IMG/VR virus record: IMGVR_UViG_2671180984_000014 | DNA length: 64,000 bases | Reading direction: 5' to 3' (one strand) | Source of the DNA: a virus | Taxonomy: Duplodnaviria; Heunggongvirae; Uroviricota; Caudoviricetes | Part shown: one piece after another, positions 62,077 to 64,000 of the stretch | How the letters are laid out: each line of letters begins with the position of its first letter | Position numbering within the stretch: position 1 is the stretch's first letter | Position numbers and translations under genes: made by a program | The notes under the pieces: generated by a model | Told to the model about the DNA's origin: nothing | Databases searched by the model: none | What the model saw: only the letters and a program-made list of their open reading frames with translations

Positions 62077-63560
62077 TGGCCAGAAGTTGCGTAACGGATC
62101 CACGTTGGCGCGAGCTGGTGGCGCTATATCGTTATGACTGGATTGCGGCCGCTGATGTTTTGTTCGGCAAAACACCTACCTGGCAGCAGGATCTGATTAT
62201 TGAGTCTGTGCAGGAACAGGGTAGCAAGACATCTGTTTCGTCTGGTCACGGTACCGGGAAATCAGACATGACTTCTATCATGATCATGTTGTTCATAATC
62301 ATGTATCCCGGTGCCCGAGCCATTATCGTTGCGAACAAAATTCAGCAGGTAATGACCGGTATATTCAAGTACATCAAGATAAACTGGGCTACTGCCACCA
62401 GCCGTTTCCCATGGCTTGCTGATTATTTTGTTCTGACAGAAACCGCTTTCTATGAGGTTACTGGTAAAGGTGTATGGACTGTAGTACCGAAGGGCTTTCG
62501 TCTGGGAAGTGAAGAAGCTCTCGCCGGTGAACACGCAGATCATCTTCTGTATATTATCGATGAAGCCTCCGGTGTCAGTGATAGAGCTTTCGGTATCATC
62601 ACCGGTGCTCTTACCGGACAGGATAACCGCATCTTATTACTGTCACAGCCTACACGCCCAAGCGGCTATTTCTACGATACTCACCATAAACTGGCCAAGC
62701 GTCCTGGTAACCCTGATGGCGTTTATACGGCGATCACGCTTAACAGTGAGGAATCACCGCTGGTAACGCCAGCATTTATCAAAATGAAGCTGGCGGAGTA
62801 CGGCGGGCGCGATAACCCTATGTACATGATTAAGGTACGCGGCCTATTCCCTAAATCACAGGATGGCTTCCTTCTTGGACGTGATGAGGTTGAACGTGCA
62901 ACGCGGCGGAAAGTCAAGATTGCAAAAGGATGGGGCTGGCTTGCATGTGTGGACGTTGCTGGTGGTACGGGACGGGATAAGTCCGTTATCAATATCATGA
63001 TGGTGTCCGGCCAGCGAAATAAACGCCGTGTAATCAACTATCGAATGCTGGAATACACAGACGTTACAGAAACGCAGCTTGCCGCCAAAATTTTCGCAGA
63101 ATGTAATCCTGAGCGATTCCCAAATATCACCATAGCGATAGACGGCGATGGCCTGGGTAAAGCAACGGCGGATCTGATGTACGAGTATTATGGTATTACC
63201 GTACAGCGTATACGCTGGGGTAAAAAGATGCATAGCCGTGAAGATAAGAGCCTGTACTTTGATAAACGTGCTTATGCCAACGTTCAAGCCGCAGAGGCCG
63301 TAAAATCTGGTCGTATGAGACTGGATAAGGGTAATGAAACTATTGAGGAAGCGTCGAAAATCCCTGTAGGGATTAACTCCGCAGGTCAATGGAAAGTGAT
63401 GAGTAAGGAGGATATGAAGAAAAAACTCAACCTGCACTCACCAGACCATTGGGATACATATTGTTTCGCTATGCTGGCTGATTATGTTCCCCAGGATGAA
63501 GTGCTTAGCGTCGAAGACGAAGCGCAGGTTGATGAAGCTCTGGCATGGCTTAATGAATGA
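62076..63560 (+). CDS. pacB: terminase large subunit PacB
   Basis: Start overlaps pacA stop (TAATG); ATPase/nuclease terminase layout. Confidence 0.8.
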   Translation: MARSCVTDPRWRELVALYRYDWIAAADVLFGKTPTWQQDLIIESVQEQGSKTSVSSGHGTGKSDMTSIMIMLFIIMYPGARAIIVANKIQQVMTGIFKYIKINWATATSRFPWLADYFVLTETAFYEVTGKGVWTVVPKGFRLGSEEALAGEHADHLLYIIDEASGVSDRAFGIITGALTGQDNRILLLSQPTRPSGYFYDTHHKLAKRPGNPDGVYTAITLNSEESPLVTPAFIKMKLAEYGGRDNPMYMIKVRGLFPKSQDGFLLGRDEVERATRRKVKIAKGWGWLACVDVAGGTGRDKSVINIMMVSGQRNKRRVINYRMLEYTDVTETQLAAKIFAECNPERFPNITIAIDGDGLGKATADLMYEYYGITVQRIRWGKKMHSREDKSLYFDKRAYANVQAAEAVKSGRMRLDKGNETIEEASKIPVGINSAGQWKVMSKEDMKKKLNLHSPDHWDTYCFAMLADYVPQDEVLSVEDEAQVDEALAWLNE

Positions 63561-63563
63561 ATA

Positions 63564-63580
63564 TTTGCTCTAATAAATTG
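63564..63580 (+). promoter_or_regulatory. C1-type operator (TTTGCTCTAATAAATTG) after pacB
   Basis: 15/17 match. Confidence 0.65.
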
Positions 63581-63699
63581 TGTTTTTTAGCTACCGATGT
63601 TACATTGAACCTGACCTCTTGCGCCTTGAGGCATTTTCGGTTTATGCTTATCAGGCACCTCATTAAAACGGGTGCCGGGATTGGCCTCCCGCTTAAGTC

Positions 63700-63815
63700 T
63701 AAGGCGATACAGACGCCGCTCGCGTCTTTTTTTGTATCGGCGTACACGCACACCTCTACAATGGTGGGCTGTATGGGGCTACCTTCGGGTAGGCTGGTTA
63801 CCTTGGACGCCAGTA
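63700..63815 (+). ncRNA. second c4-like antisense RNA (approximate bounds)
   Basis: Hairpin plus T-run at 63706-63731, then block CAATGGTGGGCTGTATGGGGCTACCTTCGGGTAGGCTGGTTACC homologous to 12786-12828. Confidence 0.35.
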
Positions 63816-63898
63816 AGGCCAACTCCGTACAGTCCACCGCCAGCAAGATTGGTCTCTTCTGCGGTGGTTACATACCAACGTCTAAGGAGGCTGCCAAT

Positions 63899-64000
63899 AT
63901 GGCTACTATCCCTACCCCAACTCATCCTGAATTTATCTGGCGCTTTTACTCCTGCCAAAAACGTCACTATCACTTCGTTATTGCACCAACAGAAGATGAG
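63899..64000 (+). CDS. icd-like gene, 5' part (runs off window end)
   Basis: ATG behind SD TAAGGAGG; MATIPTPTHPEFIWRFYSCQKRHYHFVIAPTEDE parallels Icd. Confidence 0.6.
   Translation, partial: MATIPTPTHPEFIWRFYSCQKRHYHFVIAPTEDE

Noticed and set aside
63550-63846. Minus-strand ORF 63550-63846 (98 aa)
   Set aside because: Antisense to the second c4-like RNA region and overlapping the operator; no start context.

Overview
The window is an almost continuous stretch of a P1-like (punavirus-type) plasmid-prophage of an enterobacterium, read from sequence alone. Evidence for this call: a type Ia ParA/ParB pair followed by a parS with ATTTCAC heptamers and TCGCCA hexamers; an iteron-flanked RepA; about ten copies of the asymmetric C1-operator consensus ATTGCTCTAATAAATTT in front of plus-strand operons; a c4-icd-ant immunity module; kilA-repL; phd-doc; an SOS-boxed umuD homolog; a DnaB analog; an rdgC homolog; a Dcm/Dam fusion methyltransferase; tRNA genes; and pacA-pacB with a seven-hexamer pac site. 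Minus-strand blocks carry contractile-tail and head genes (tail fiber, a 1140-aa transglycosylase, sheath-like and capsid-like proteins). Gene symbols are given only where the protein or site itself is recognisable; other calls rest on synteny. The most interesting departures from a plain P1 backbone are: (1) a 341-aa intein with a LAGLIDADG endonuclease core inserted exactly at the catalytic Cys of the methyltransferase PCQ motif; (2) a second operator / c4-like RNA / icd-like module after pacB; (3) a hok/mok-type toxin locus after repL; (4) a two-gene cassette with its own terminator between the incA-like iterons and the par operon; (5) repeat-rich, apparently non-coding structured DNA around the tRNA genes, including an irregular tRNA-like element. 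Nothing here is a CRISPR array, integrase or transposase. All homology statements are from reading the translations and from memory, not from database searches.
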